From: Candidatus Palauibacter sp.
GTDB taxonomy: Bacteria > Gemmatimonadota > Gemmatimonadetes > Palauibacterales > Palauibacteraceae
Length of the DNA stretch: 64,000 nucleotides
NCBI RefSeq assembly: GCF_965213655.1
Contig: NZ_CBDBZT010000002.1
Location: 90,624-154,623 of the forward strand
Direction: 5' to 3'
In this document: positions 44,399 through 55,218 of the stretch, one piece after another
Layout of the letters: each line of letters starts with the position of its first letter
How positions within the stretch are numbered: the first letter of the stretch is position 1
Translations under genes and position numbers: made by a program
The notes under the pieces: model-generated
Database searches by the model: none
Told to the model about the DNA's origin: nothing
What the model saw: only the letters and a program-made list of their open reading frames with translations

Positions 44399-45835
44399 GT
44401 GACGCTGGACAATTCTCAGAGACATCTTCGAGATGGCGGACAGATTCTCAAGACGCGCGACGATCAGGTCCCAGTTTTCCCAGCGCGCAATGGCGGAGCT
44501 GAGGAGACGACCAAGCCGTTCAAGCTACCCAATGACGCAACGTCCTCCTGGATAAGTGCCAACGAACCCTTCGGCCCGGAGAAACTGCGTCCCAGGATCG
44601 AGCCCTGGCTTACAGCGCTAGTCCAGTCCGAGCATCTTTCGCTACTCCTTGGTTCCGGCCTGACGCACGCCGCACATGCAATCGCGACGGAGGATGTGCT
44701 TCCTGGGATGGGCGCGATCAGGTTCGACATATTGCACGAGGAAATCGCGGCGGACGCCAAGCGCGCTTCTGAGCTTGCAGGGCGCGACATCGGGAACTTC
44801 GAGGACCAAGTACGTGCTGCCAATGAGTTGCTCCGCGGCCTTGAGATCATCGCTTCAACGAAGCCGATCGTTGCTCCAGAGCATGAGCAGATCGAGGGCG
44901 TACGAAGAGGCTTGAAGGTCGCCTTGGGCTCATTCGCGCACTCGATACTCGAAGGAGAGCGACAGCTCGTCTCGGCTTCCGCCGAGAAACGCGAGCGGGC
45001 GTTCAATCACCTCGTCAGCTTCCTCATGAGCTTCGCGAGCCGGTCCGGCACGCGCGAGCGGCTGCATCTGTTCACGACGAACTATGACCGCTATGTGGAA
45101 GCTGCCTCGGATGTGGCGGGGCTGCGGCTGATCGATCGGTTCGTGGGCACGTTGGCGCCGGTGTTCCGTGCGTCACGCCTCAATGTAGACCTCCACTACA
45201 ACCCGCCCGGCATCCGAGGCGAGCCGCGCTACCTGGAGGGCGTTGCCCGATTCACGAAGCTGCACGGCTCGGTTGACTGGATGGACTGCGGTCGGACGAT
45301 TCGCCGGATCGGGCTGCCGTTCGGTGCCAAGGACGCCACCCCCTACCTGACAGGGGCGGGGTTGAGAGGAGCTGATGCGATGCAGCTGATGATCTACCCG
45401 AACGCCGCCAAGGATCGGGAAACAGCAGCGCACCCTTACGTCGAGCTGTTTCGGGACTTCGCTGCGGCCATCTGCCGGCCGAACAGCACGGTCGTCTGCT
45501 ACGGCTACGGATTTGGCGACGAGCACATCAATCGAGTTCTCGAGGACATGCTGACCATTCCATCGACGCACCTTGTGATCATCGCTTACGGCGATCCTCT
45601 TCGCCGGATCATGGACACCTACGAGAAGCTGGGCCGCCACGCCCAGGTCACACTCCTGATCGGCGACCACCTCGGCGACCTCCAGGCGCTCGTTGACCAC
45701 TATCTGCCCAAGCCGGCGATCGACCGCACAACCTTCCGAATGGCCGAGCTACTGAAAACTCGGTGGACCGTAGCCCAGGGTGAGGACGACAGAACGGGCA
45801 CGGCTCCGGCGGACGAAGCAGGCGCGGGCAGATGA
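44399..45835 (+). CDS. SIR2-family protein of a SIR2-HerA defence pair
   Basis: 478 aa with LLLGSGLTHAA and LFTTNYDRYVEAA (SIR2_2-type motifs). The stop overlaps the herA start (ATGA). Confidence 0.8.
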   Translation: MTLDNSQRHLRDGGQILKTRDDQVPVFPARNGGAEETTKPFKLPNDATSSWISANEPFGPEKLRPRIEPWLTALVQSEHLSLLLGSGLTHAAHAIATEDVLPGMGAIRFDILHEEIAADAKRASELAGRDIGNFEDQVRAANELLRGLEIIASTKPIVAPEHEQIEGVRRGLKVALGSFAHSILEGERQLVSASAEKRERAFNHLVSFLMSFASRSGTRERLHLFTTNYDRYVEAASDVAGLRLIDRFVGTLAPVFRASRLNVDLHYNPPGIRGEPRYLEGVARFTKLHGSVDWMDCGRTIRRIGLPFGAKDATPYLTGAGLRGADAMQLMIYPNAAKDRETAAHPYVELFRDFAAAICRPNSTVVCYGYGFGDEHINRVLEDMLTIPSTHLVIIAYGDPLRRIMDTYEKLGRHAQVTLLIGDHLGDLQALVDHYLPKPAIDRTTFRMAELLKTRWTVAQGEDDRTGTAPADEAGAGR

Positions 45836-47676
45836 GCGAAGCTCCCTTCGAACATGCAGGAAGTCTCCGGATCGGTGCGGTCGACTTCGTCTCTCCAGAC
45901 GAGATCAAGGTCGCCCTCGATATCGAGGCGCCCGAGTCCGTTGCGCTGAACACGGGTGGTCTGAGGCCTTTCCCACGAGTCAACGGCTACCTATTGGTCC
46001 CGGTGGACGACGGATTTCTCGTCGGCCAGACGGAGTGGATCACGGTAGAACGCTCGCCATTCCCGAAGCGTCGTGGGATGCAGGACTTCGGCCTCGTAGA
46101 TTTGCCATACCCGCTGCGCAGGCTACGCCTCAATCCGCTGGGTACCTTGCGAGCTGGAGAATATGAGGAGGCCCACGTCTTCCGCCGGGGTGCTGACTTG
46201 TTGCCGTCGGTCGGCACCGCAGTCGTCCTGCCGACCGAAACGCAGCTCCGCTCGATCGTGGAATCCGGCGAAAGGCGGCGGGTCAAGATCGGCACAAGCC
46301 CGCTTGCCGGAGACGTGGAGGTCCGTGTCGATCCGAACCGGCTGTTCGGGCGCCATCTCGCCGTCCTTGGCAACACCGGCAGCGGCAAGTCTTGTTCCGT
46401 TGCCGGGCTCATTCGATGGAGCCTCGAACAGGCCGCGCTGTCACGCGGAGATGGGCGACCCAACGCCCGATTCATCGTGCTCGACCCTAACGGAGAGTAT
46501 TCACGGGCATTCGGCGGCGACGAAACGATCAAGGCCCGAATCTTCAAGGTGAATCCCGCTGATGACGAGATCGCACTCAAGGTACCGCTGTGGTTTTGGA
46601 ACAGCGCGGAATGGTGCTCATTTACGCAGGCAAGCCCAAGAACGCAGCGGCCGACGCTGATGTACGCTCTTCGACACGTTCGGGACGGTCACACAGAGCC
46701 AACGCCGGATGCCAGCCACGAGATGCGCCGCTTTCTCCGCACGCTCGTGATGACCATCCGCATCGAGCAGAACGCGGGCAGCCCTTGGGGCTCGTTCCCA
46801 AGACCAAAGGCATTTTTCGAAAAGCTGGAAAAGTGGAAGGTGGGGTTGGATGCGGATCTTGGATCCTTCACAGGTAGCCAACAGCAGAGACTTCAAGCGT
46901 TTGTCGACAAGATCGAAACGCTCTGCGTGCCTCGCCGGATTCTGTACGCCAATCAGGACTTCACTCGCCAAGAGATCCTCGATCTATTAGCAGTCGCTAG
47001 CAGCGCCCATTCTGCCTTTGGCGGCACAGACGCAGACGTGATTCCCGCGGATGTCGATACTCCCCGCCCCTTTGATGGCGCTTCCTTACTGCGAGGTGTC
47101 GAGGCAGCCGGCGAGATGCTGAATGTCTCCGAGTACATCGAGACTCTCCTCCTGCGAATCCGATCGCTACTCACAGACACTCGAATGAAACCAGTGGTGG
47201 GAGATGCAGCCGACATAAAACTGGACGAGTGGCTGGAGAACTACATCGGAATGGACAATGCCGATAAGGGATGTGTTTCGATAATCGACCTGTCTCTTGT
47301 GCCTGCCGAAGTCGTTCACGTCGTCACTGCGGTCATCGCTCGCATCACCTTCGAGGCGCTGCAGCGCTACGCAAAGCTGAATAGTGTCACTCTCCCCACG
47401 GTGATGGTGATGGAGGAGGCGCACACGTTCATCAAGCGTTACAAGGAGGATGTCGAAAACCAAGACGCGGCGACCGTCTGCTGCCAAGTCTTCGAGCGCA
47501 TCGCTCGCGAGGGGAGGAAATTTGGCCTTGGCCTTGTGCTGTCATCCCAACGACCGTCTGGAGCTGTCCCGCTTTCACGGACGGTTAGTTTCTGTGGTTG
47601 ATCGTCTCGGGCTCTTCTCCTTTCGGCCTCTCTCAGGCGCTCGGGAGAGGACGTCCGTGCGCGCCGCCGGTGCGCC

Positions 47677-48573
47677 TCAGGCCGCATGGTTCCTCTCGTA
47701 GTCTGCCGGCGACTCGTAGCCGAGTGCGGAGTGCAGCCGCCGGGTGTTGTAGAAGCCCTCGATGAAGCCGAAGACCTCCCGTCGCGCCTCGTCCGCCGTG
47801 CGGAAGGAGCGCTTCCAGATCAGCTCGCACTCGAGCGTCGCGAAGAACGACTCGCACATGGCGTTGTCGTACGCATCGCCCGCCGAGCCCATGGACTGGG
47901 CGATGCCCGACTCGCGACAGCGCTCCCCGAAGGCGAGCGAGGTGTACTGCGAGCCCCTGTCGGAGTGATGGACGATGCGCCCCCGGGGACGACGGCGCGC
48001 GAGGGCCATCGACAGCGCGGCCTCGACGAGTTCGGTCCGCATGTGCGTCGCCATGGCCCAGCCGACGACGCGACGGCTCCAGACGTCGAGCACAACGGCC
48101 AGGTACAGCCAGCCCGCCCAAGTGGGCACATACGTGATGTCGGCCACCCACAGCTCGTCGGGCCCGGAGGCCGAGAAGTCCCGCCTCACCAGGTCCGGCG
48201 CGGGCCGGGCCTCGGTGTCCCTCTTCGTCGTCGCCGTCTTGAAACGCCGCCTGGTCGCGCCCTCGATCCCCAAGCCCCTCATCAGCCGCCCCACGCGCTT
48301 CTGGCCCACCCGCTCGCCCTCGGCCCTGAGCGTCGCGTGGATCCGCGGACGGCCGTACGTCTCGCCGCTCCCGGTCCAGATCGCCCCGATCCGCGCCTCG
48401 AGTTGCGCGTCCCGCCGCGCGCGGTCCGAGGCAGGACGCTTGAGCCAGTCGTAGTAGCCGCTGGGGGAGAGACCCAGCACCCGGCACATGGCCCGAAGCG
48501 GAAACTCGGCCCGGTGCGCCTTCATGAACGCGTACCCCCGCCGGGGATCGATCCGCTCTCCTGCGCGGGGCAC
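47677..48573 (-). CDS. IS3-family transposase OrfB
   Basis: Protein identical to copies 1 and 2. Confidence 0.9.
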   Translation of the reverse strand: MPRAGERIDPRRGYAFMKAHRAEFPLRAMCRVLGLSPSGYYDWLKRPASDRARRDAQLEARIGAIWTGSGETYGRPRIHATLRAEGERVGQKRVGRLMRGLGIEGATRRRFKTATTKRDTEARPAPDLVRRDFSASGPDELWVADITYVPTWAGWLYLAVVLDVWSRRVVGWAMATHMRTELVEAALSMALARRRPRGRIVHHSDRGSQYTSLAFGERCRESGIAQSMGSAGDAYDNAMCESFFATLECELIWKRSFRTADEARREVFGFIEGFYNTRRLHSALGYESPADYERNHAA

Positions 48574-48589
48574 CGCCGCGCAGCGGTGG

Positions 48590-48856
48590 TCAGGCCGCGG
48601 CTTTTTTTAGGATGTCCCGCTCCATCCTGAGCCGCTTGTTCTCACGCTCCAGGCGCCGCAGTTCGTTGCGCGCCTCCGTCGTCAGCCCGTCGCTACGGAA
48701 CCCCTCGTCCACGTCCGCCCGCCGGACCCAGTTCCGGATCGTCTGCTCCGACGGATCGAACTCCCGGGCGAGTGACGCGGCGCTACGCCCGCTCCTCGCC
48801 AGTTCCACCAGCCGCTCCCTGTACTCGGACGGATACCGCCCCTGCCGGCCCGCCAT
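48590..48856 (-). CDS. IS3-family transposase OrfA
   Basis: Protein identical to copies 1 and 2. Confidence 0.9.
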   Translation of the reverse strand: MAGRQGRYPSEYRERLVELARSGRSAASLAREFDPSEQTIRNWVRRADVDEGFRSDGLTTEARNELRRLERENKRLRMERDILKKAAA

Positions 48857-49031
48857 AGGACACCTCCTTGCTTGACCCCAATGGATAGGTGTCCGTCAAA
48901 GCGGGGCAACTCCACGTCCGATCTCTCTCCCACGGTGCTATCGCAGTGTAACACACACCTTGTCAACGGCGGGCGAAAATGTGACACATGCGGCGGGTGA
49001 AAATGTGACACCCGGCCGGAGGGGACGAGCC

Positions 49032-49841
49032 TCAAGGTGACGTCTCGGCCTCCGTGGTCGAGGGGTTGTTGCGGAGGGTGTTGAAGACATCGGCGTGCTG
49101 CCTCATGCGGTAGCTGTTACCGCGGATGTTGACGATGTGGCAGTGGTGGAGCAGCCGGTCGATCAGTGCGGTGGCCATGACCTCGTCGCCGAAGATGCGG
49201 CCCCACTCCTCGAAGCTCTGGTTGGAGGTGAGGATGGTGGAGCCGGTCTCGTAGCGCCGGTTGACGAGTTGGAAGAAGAGCGTGGCTCCGGTGCGCGAGA
49301 TGGGGACGTATCCGATCTCGTCGACGATCAACAGGGCCGGGTGGGTGAGGACCTTGAGCCGTTGCTGGAGTCGGCCTGCGGCCTGTGCCTCCTCGAGAGA
49401 GGTGATGAGGTCGGCCAGGGCGCCGTAGTAGATGCGCCGTCCGCGCTCGGCGGTGGCGACGGCGAGCGAGATGGCCAGATGGGTCTTCCCGACGCCCGGG
49501 GGCCCGAGGAAGACGACGTTCTCCTTGCGGTCGAGGAAGGAGAGTTCGTGCAGGGAGTCGATCTGCTCGCGCTTGATCGAGGGCTGGAAGCTGAAGTCGA
49601 AGTCGGCCAGGGTCTTCACGGCTGGGAGCCGGGAGGCGCGCATGGCGGCCTGGAGCCTGCGGTTGTTGCGCAGGTCGATCTGGGCGGCGAGGAGCTTCTC
49701 GATCGCCTCGGCGGCGGTGAAGCGGCCTCCGTCGACGCTGGAGAGGATGGGGTCGAGGGCCTCGAGCGCGCCGGGGAGCTTGAGGTCGGCGAGCTGGGCA
49801 CGGATCCGGTCGCGGCGGCTTGGCCGCTTGGCGGGCGTCAC
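49032..49841 (-). CDS. istB: IS21 helper ATPase IstB
   Basis: The GTG start overlaps the istA stop (GTGA). Contains VVFLGPPGVGKTHLAISLA and LLIVDEIGYVP. Confidence 0.9.
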   Translation of the reverse strand: MTPAKRPSRRDRIRAQLADLKLPGALEALDPILSSVDGGRFTAAEAIEKLLAAQIDLRNNRRLQAAMRASRLPAVKTLADFDFSFQPSIKREQIDSLHELSFLDRKENVVFLGPPGVGKTHLAISLAVATAERGRRIYYGALADLITSLEEAQAAGRLQQRLKVLTHPALLIVDEIGYVPISRTGATLFFQLVNRRYETGSTILTSNQSFEEWGRIFGDEVMATALIDRLLHHCHIVNIRGNSYRMRQHADVFNTLRNNPSTTEAETSP

Positions 49842-50872
49842 GAGACCCCCGCGGCGAGGCGGTCGTACTCGGCCAGGGGACGCCGTTCGATGGTGACCCG
49901 GGGCACCGAGGCGAGCCGGCGAACCTTCTCGGGCTCCCGTTCGGCGGGCAGCGCGAGCGAGTGGTAGGGCCGGTGGGCGAGCGGCCTGAGCACTTGGCGC
50001 TCGTCGCGTTCGAACCGTTCGGCGGGCCGCTCTCGCGTGGTGCCGTGGATCCGGACGTTGGCCACGCTCCCGAGCCACCACTCGGCCTGCGCGTTCAGGT
50101 CCGCGTCGCCGGCGAAGCTGCGACCGTAGGTGAAGCTCTTGCGAACGTAGCCGATGGGGCGCTCGACCTTCCCCTTCGTCTTCGCCCGGTAGGGCCGGCA
50201 GGCCCTGGGCCGGAAGCCCCAGTGTGCGGCGAAGCGGAGGAACTCGGCGTTCTCGGTCACGCGGCCGCCCTCGCCCCTCAGATCCCGGATGATCACGCTC
50301 TTCATCTGGTCGAACAGGAGCTCCCGCGGCACGCCTCCGAAGAAGCCGAAGGCCGCCTCCAGACCCTTGAGCAGCGTCGACATGTCCTGCCGCGGGTAGA
50401 ACCGGAGCCACAACAGCCGCGAGTAGCCGAGCACGACCAGAAGCAGGTAGCGGCGGCCCCACGGGAAGCGGAAGTGGGCGAAGTCCACCTGGCCCTGCAC
50501 TCCCGGGTCCGTCTCGAACCGCACGAGAGGGTCGGCCGGAGCACGGGGCCGGACCTTCCGGACGTACTCCCTGAGCTGCGTGTAGCCGCCGGGGTATCCC
50601 GCTGCACGGATCTCCGCCAGCAGCCGGACCGCCGTCAGTTCCGGATACTCCTCAAGCCGCTCCCGCACGATCGCCTTGTACGGATCCAGCTTCGTGGGCA
50701 CCGGGGGCCGCGGACCGTAGCGGACCTCCTCGAGGTCCCGGTCCAGCTCCCCCTCGTTGATCCAGCGATAGATCGTCTGACGGCTGATCCCCAGTTCGCG
50801 GGAGATCTCCGTCACCGTCAGTCCTTCGTCCAGGTAGTGTCGCAAAAGCACGCGTCGCTCCCATCCGATCAC
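49838..50872 (-). CDS. istA: IS21 transposase IstA
   Basis: 344 aa with an HTH (GLTVTEISRELGISRQTIYRWI) and the DDE region ...GVQGQVDFAHFRFPWGRRYLLLVVLGYSRLLWLRFY... Confidence 0.9.
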   Translation of the reverse strand: MIGWERRVLLRHYLDEGLTVTEISRELGISRQTIYRWINEGELDRDLEEVRYGPRPPVPTKLDPYKAIVRERLEEYPELTAVRLLAEIRAAGYPGGYTQLREYVRKVRPRAPADPLVRFETDPGVQGQVDFAHFRFPWGRRYLLLVVLGYSRLLWLRFYPRQDMSTLLKGLEAAFGFFGGVPRELLFDQMKSVIIRDLRGEGGRVTENAEFLRFAAHWGFRPRACRPYRAKTKGKVERPIGYVRKSFTYGRSFAGDADLNAQAEWWLGSVANVRIHGTTRERPAERFERDERQVLRPLAHRPYHSLALPAEREPEKVRRLASVPRVTIERRPLAEYDRLAAGVS

Positions 50873-51544
50873 CGGCGCCTCCCTCTCGAAGTGGAAGACG
50901 CCAAGTTCTGCGTTCCCGGACGGAGCGGCTGCTCCACCCGGCCTTACGGGAACGACCGATGTGTCACTTTTTCGGCCGCCATACCTGTCACTTTTTCACC
51001 CGCTACCGACACACCTTCTCCACCGTATCAGCAACGACCGTGACCAGGAGCTTGTCCGCCGGCTCGTTCCAGACAACCTAAGAGGGCTGCTGCGTGAGTT
51101 GCCGTCGTTGCCGTCGCAGAGCGCGATCCTGCTTGGTTGGGCCTCGGAGCTTCCGATCCTAGTAAAGATGAACACCCTGCCCCAGTCGCAACAGCCGCGT
51201 TCCGACGATCCCGAGTACTGGGGGGTATGGATCGGTACGGACGAGGAGGGCGATCCCATCTTGCGTAAGACGGATTGGCAGAAGGTCGCCGAAGACTGGC
51301 AGGCGGTCCCGGCCAACGACAGCGATGATACCAGGGAGACGTAAAGAGTGTGCTCGCACTCAAGCCCTATCCCGCGATGACGGAGTCTGGCGTCGAGGGG
51401 CTTGGGGAGGTTACCGGAGCATTGGGAGGTCGGAGAATCGGGGCGTGTCGGCCGGTAAGTCAGGGGAAGCGGCGGCACAAGAGTCGTATCCCCTGCGACC
51501 CGTGCCCATCCCGCTATGCTTGGCCCGCGTGAGGCCAACCCGTG

Positions 51545-51788
51545 TCACTCCTGTGGCAACGCCTTGAGCATCCCACGGTCGATGAGCCCTTTGGAGGTGT
51601 CCGTACCACGCCCAGAGCGCCAGGGATTGATTCCAAACGTGCAGACCCAGTTCGATGTTGTGGTCCTGAGCGGCCGCAGCGAAGTTCGAAGACGTTATTA
51701 TGAACACGCGTTCCTCGTCCACGACTACGGTTTTCGCGTGAAGCACCCTGCGGGCTTCTGGAGCCACCGAGCAGGGATCGTAGAACAC
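51545..51788 (-). pseudogene. Fragment of a PLD/HKD-family (nuclease-type) protein, 5'-truncated and frameshifted near its end
   Basis: HKD motif in VLHAKTVVVDEERVFIITSSNF. A likely native tail ...SKGLIDRGMLKALPQE* is in another frame. Only about 80 codons are present. Confidence 0.55.
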
Positions 51789-51833
51789 ACGCCGCCGGTG
51801 AAGCGAATCACGGCGTGGAACCGAAGAAACCGA

Positions 51834-54800
51834 CTAAGCAACCAGTCCTGAATTGACCTGCCGGAGCACCTCGAAAACGCCCTCAATGACCTCCGCGTTA
51901 CCGTCGAATAGCGCGTCCGGTCCCTCCGCATGGAGGTTGCTGAACGGTGGCTCGTAGAGCGCCGAGGCTTCAATGACCCCTCGGGCGCTGAGCTGGTCGA
52001 TCACCATTTCAATGAATCGGATCTGGGGGGCTGTGAGACTCCTGTCGGCCAGAAAACCTGAGAACGCGGCCTGCGCAGCCGTTCGATCCAACCCCACCAA
52101 GCTCCTTACGAAGTGAGCGAGCGATGGCGACTCACTGCGCGCCAGAAGCCCCGACAGCAGCGTGTCCCCGTCCTCTGCACCGATCTCGGCCAAGGTCGAT
52201 TCCAGCCCTTTCAGGTCGGCATCCGTCAGCGGTTGGTTGGTCCTCAGCCGGTGGATGACCAGGTGATCGAGATGATTGTGCAGGTATTCCTTGACCTTCT
52301 TCTCGTACTGAGCTCCGGTCATCTTCGGCATGTAGATCGCCGGTTCTTTTCGAACCCCCACGACCTCGTCCTGGAAGTCCGTGTAGACGATCTTACGCTT
52401 CTTCTTGTCGAGGAAGGAGACAAGTACCCGCAGCCGTAGCCGCAGGTCCTCGATGCCGCTGAGATCGATTCCTTCCCAGAAACCGGTCTCCTGTACGGCA
52501 GCCAGATAGCCGAGCTGAGCCTTAACTGCGGGAATCGCGTTCTTCTCTTCGAGCAGCATGGCGATCTCGACGACCCGTCGGCGACGACTCTCGAATGCCG
52601 GGGCGTCGCCTTCGGCCAAGGCAAGCTGCATACGTAGCGCGGTGAGATCGAACAGTCGTGACTCGATGTCGTCCGGCTCGATCTCGTTCGGAAGTCCAGC
52701 GACCTCCGACTCCAGCGTCTCAACGTCGGAGTCGCTGAGTTGCTCCCACGCTCTCCGGTCACGGAAGTGGTTCACCGCCTCAAGGTGCATTCTCACGATG
52801 AAGTTCTCGCGGTTCATCGCGGCCACTTCGCCGTGAAGTCTGTCGGTCAGCGAGCCCACCATTTTCATGTTCGGGTCCAGGGCAGGCGTCGTCTGGACAT
52901 GGGATAGGAGTTGGACGCGAGAGCGGAAGAGGCGGGTGCCGAGCGGCACTCCCCCACCCGCCTCGATCCCATCCGGGTTCTCGCGGAAGAAGTCGAAGTT
53001 GAAGCAGAAATCGAAGACGCGAAAATCCTGCTTGTCCTCATCCGGTCCGAAAAGGTCTGGGCAGAGCCGCGTTCCACGTCCGATCATCTGCCAGAACTTG
53101 ATCTTCGAGTAGACCGGTTTGAAGAAGACCAGATTCGGCCACCTCTGGCACGTCGATACCTGTGTCGAGCATGTCCACCGAGATTGCTAGATGCGGAGCC
53201 TTGTTCTTCTGGGAGAAGTCGTCGATAAGACTCTCTGCGTACGCCGCGTAATGGTCGATGACGCGCGCGAAGTGTCCCGCGTGCTGTGGGTAGTGCCGGT
53301 TGAACCGTTTCTCGACGAACTCCGCGTGTTCGTGGTTGCGGGCGAACAGAATGGTCTTGGCCAGTCGGTCGCCGCCATTGGCCTTGTGGCCGTGCTCCAT
53401 GAGGTGCCGGAGCGCCTTGTCCACCGTGTCCTGGTTGAAGAGCCAGCTATTGATCGCGGACGCGTTGACTCTGTCCGGAAGAGCGTCGGGGTTCACGTCG
53501 TCGCCCCAATCGAGGCCCTCCCACTGCTCCTTCTCCTCCTCGCTCAAGCCGTCGTATTCGATGCCCTCACGTGGAAACCTCAGATCCACCTGCTGTACGC
53601 GCGGCGGCACGAGGAAACCATCCGCGACAGCGGTCTCCAGCTCATAGGCATCCGTGGGAACGCCGGGCTCCAGATCGAAGAGCGCGTAGGTGTTCCGATC
53701 CACCTGTTCTCGTGGTGTCGCGGTCAGCCCGACGAGCAGCGAGTCGAAATAGCGAAAGATCGCTCCGTATTTCTGGTAAACGGAGCGGTGCGCCTCGTCG
53801 ATGATCACGAGGTCAAAGTGCCCGACGCTGAACCGGGCCTCGTTGCCCTCCGACTCGTCGATCAATCCCATCATGGTCTGATACGTGGAGGCGTAAACTC
53901 GACCGACCTTGTCCTTCTCGGTCACCAGGTTCACCGGGCTCGATTCCGGCAGATGTGTCTTGAATGCATTCACCGCCTGCTTCACCAGTGACCGTCGGTC
54001 GGCCAGGAACAGCGTTCGCTTCACCCACTCCGCTCGTTGCAGGAGATCCACCAGCGCGATCGCTGTCCGGGTCTTGCCACTTCCGGTGGCCATCACCAGG
54101 AGCGCCTTGCGCCTCGCACATGCGAACTGTTCCGCGATGCTCCCGATTGCCCGCTTCTGGTAATAGCGGTCCACGATCCGGTCCCTTACCCGCGCCACAT
54201 CCAACGCCTCTCGCTGGGTTCGGCGCACGATCAGGGATGCCAGCTCGTCCTTCTTGTAGAACCCGGCAACTGTGCGAGGTGGATGGAAGAGGTCGTCCCA
54301 CAAGCGGGTCCTGTAGCCGTTGGTGTAGAAGATGACCGGCCGCTGCCCATGCATGACCTGCAGGCAGTCTGCGTAGAGTTTTGCCTGTTGCCGTCCCATC
54401 TTCGGATCCACCGTAGTCTTCTTTGCCTCGACCACGGCCAGCGGCTTGCCATCGTCTCCCCACAGGACGTAGTCCGCGTAGCCGATCTCCGACTCGTTCG
54501 GCATCCCGGTGACTTCGTATTCACGGTCGTGTTTCTGATCGAGCGGCCAACCTGCTCGATGGAGCGCCAAGTCAATCAGCAGGCGCCGGGTCTTTTCTTC
54601 GTTCCAGTCATGGGTCTCGGGGACGGCCTCGTTCTCTGCCTTGATAGCTGCGAGCCGTTTCCGCAACGCCTCCACCTCACCCTCCAGCTCCGCACGTGCG
54701 TCCTCGGCTGCGTCCCGCTGATCCGTAACGGCCTTCAACTCGGCGAGACTGGCCCGAGTCTGCGGGGTGTCCGGTCTGGGGATGAGGGACTCGTCAAAGA

Positions 54801-55212
54801 TCCTTCCCCGCAGGTTCTCCGCTCCCTTCCGCAGGTAGGTGCGACCCGCCCAGTAGAGGATGTGCGAGAGCTCGCGTACCACGTCCAAAGCGGTTTCCGG
54901 TGTCGGCGTCTTCTTTCCGTGCACGGCGACGTTCCCCGCCTTCCGGACGAATTCTGCTTTCTGCCGGACGGCTTCGGGAACCAACGCTCGAAACGCCGGC
55001 TCTTGGAGGTAGTTTTCGAGGTTCTGGACTCTCGGTGGACTGAGTATCCTGTCGACTCTATAGACGCGCTTGACCAACCGTTCCAAGGCATGCCGGGCGT
55101 GGAAGCACGAAGCCCGAGGGTCACCGTAGACGTGCCGCTCCGCGTAGCTCGCACTCTCCGCGACGTAGTGGAATTCTTGCCTCAAGAAATCGAAGTTCGC
55201 GGAGATCTTCAT
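51834..55212 (-). pseudogene. hsdR: Type I restriction enzyme R subunit HsdR (DUF4145 N-terminal domain + SF2 helicase), single frameshift at ~53130-53145
   Basis: ORF 53038-55212 has LLVMATGSGKTRTAI, DLVIIDEAHRS and ...VDMLDTGIDVPEVA. The expected continuation NLVFFKPVYSKIKFWQMIGRGTRLCPDLFGP is in the +1 frame, in ORF 51834-53087. Confidence 0.88.
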
Positions 55213-55218
55213 CGGGGC

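Larger units (their letters stand above)
47559..48914 (-). mobile_element. IS3-family insertion sequence, copy 3 (1356 bp), with a 4-bp target duplication CGTC
   Basis: Same ends as copies 1 and 2. CGTC occurs at 47555-47558 and 48915-48918. Confidence 0.93.
48961..51011 (-). mobile_element. IS21-family insertion sequence (~2.05 kb)
   Basis: Ends are TGTCAACGGCGGGCGAAAATGTGACAC and, as the reverse complement of the right end, TGTCGGTAGCGGGTGAAAAAGTGACAG. Each end has a second internal repeat of the GTGACAC motif. A short target duplication lies around CACCT. Confidence 0.88.
45832..51344 (+). pseudogene. herA: HerA-like (DUF87/FtsK-HerA) ATPase of the SIR2-HerA pair, split into three pieces by IS3 copy 3 and an IS21 element
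   Basis: Pieces are 45832-47558 (Walker A LAVLGNTGSGKSCSV; Walker B VMVMEEAHTFI; GLGLVLSSQRPS), 48915-48960 (DLSPTVLSQCNTH) and about 51012-51344 (LLHRISNDRDQELVRRLVPDNLRGLLRELPSLPSQSAILLGWASELPILVKM...). They rejoin in frame once the IS elements and their TSDs are removed. Confidence 0.85.

Noticed and set aside
49820-51043. 407-aa plus-strand ORF across the IS21 element
   Set aside because: It is antisense to istA and istB, which have clear transposase and ATPase motifs.
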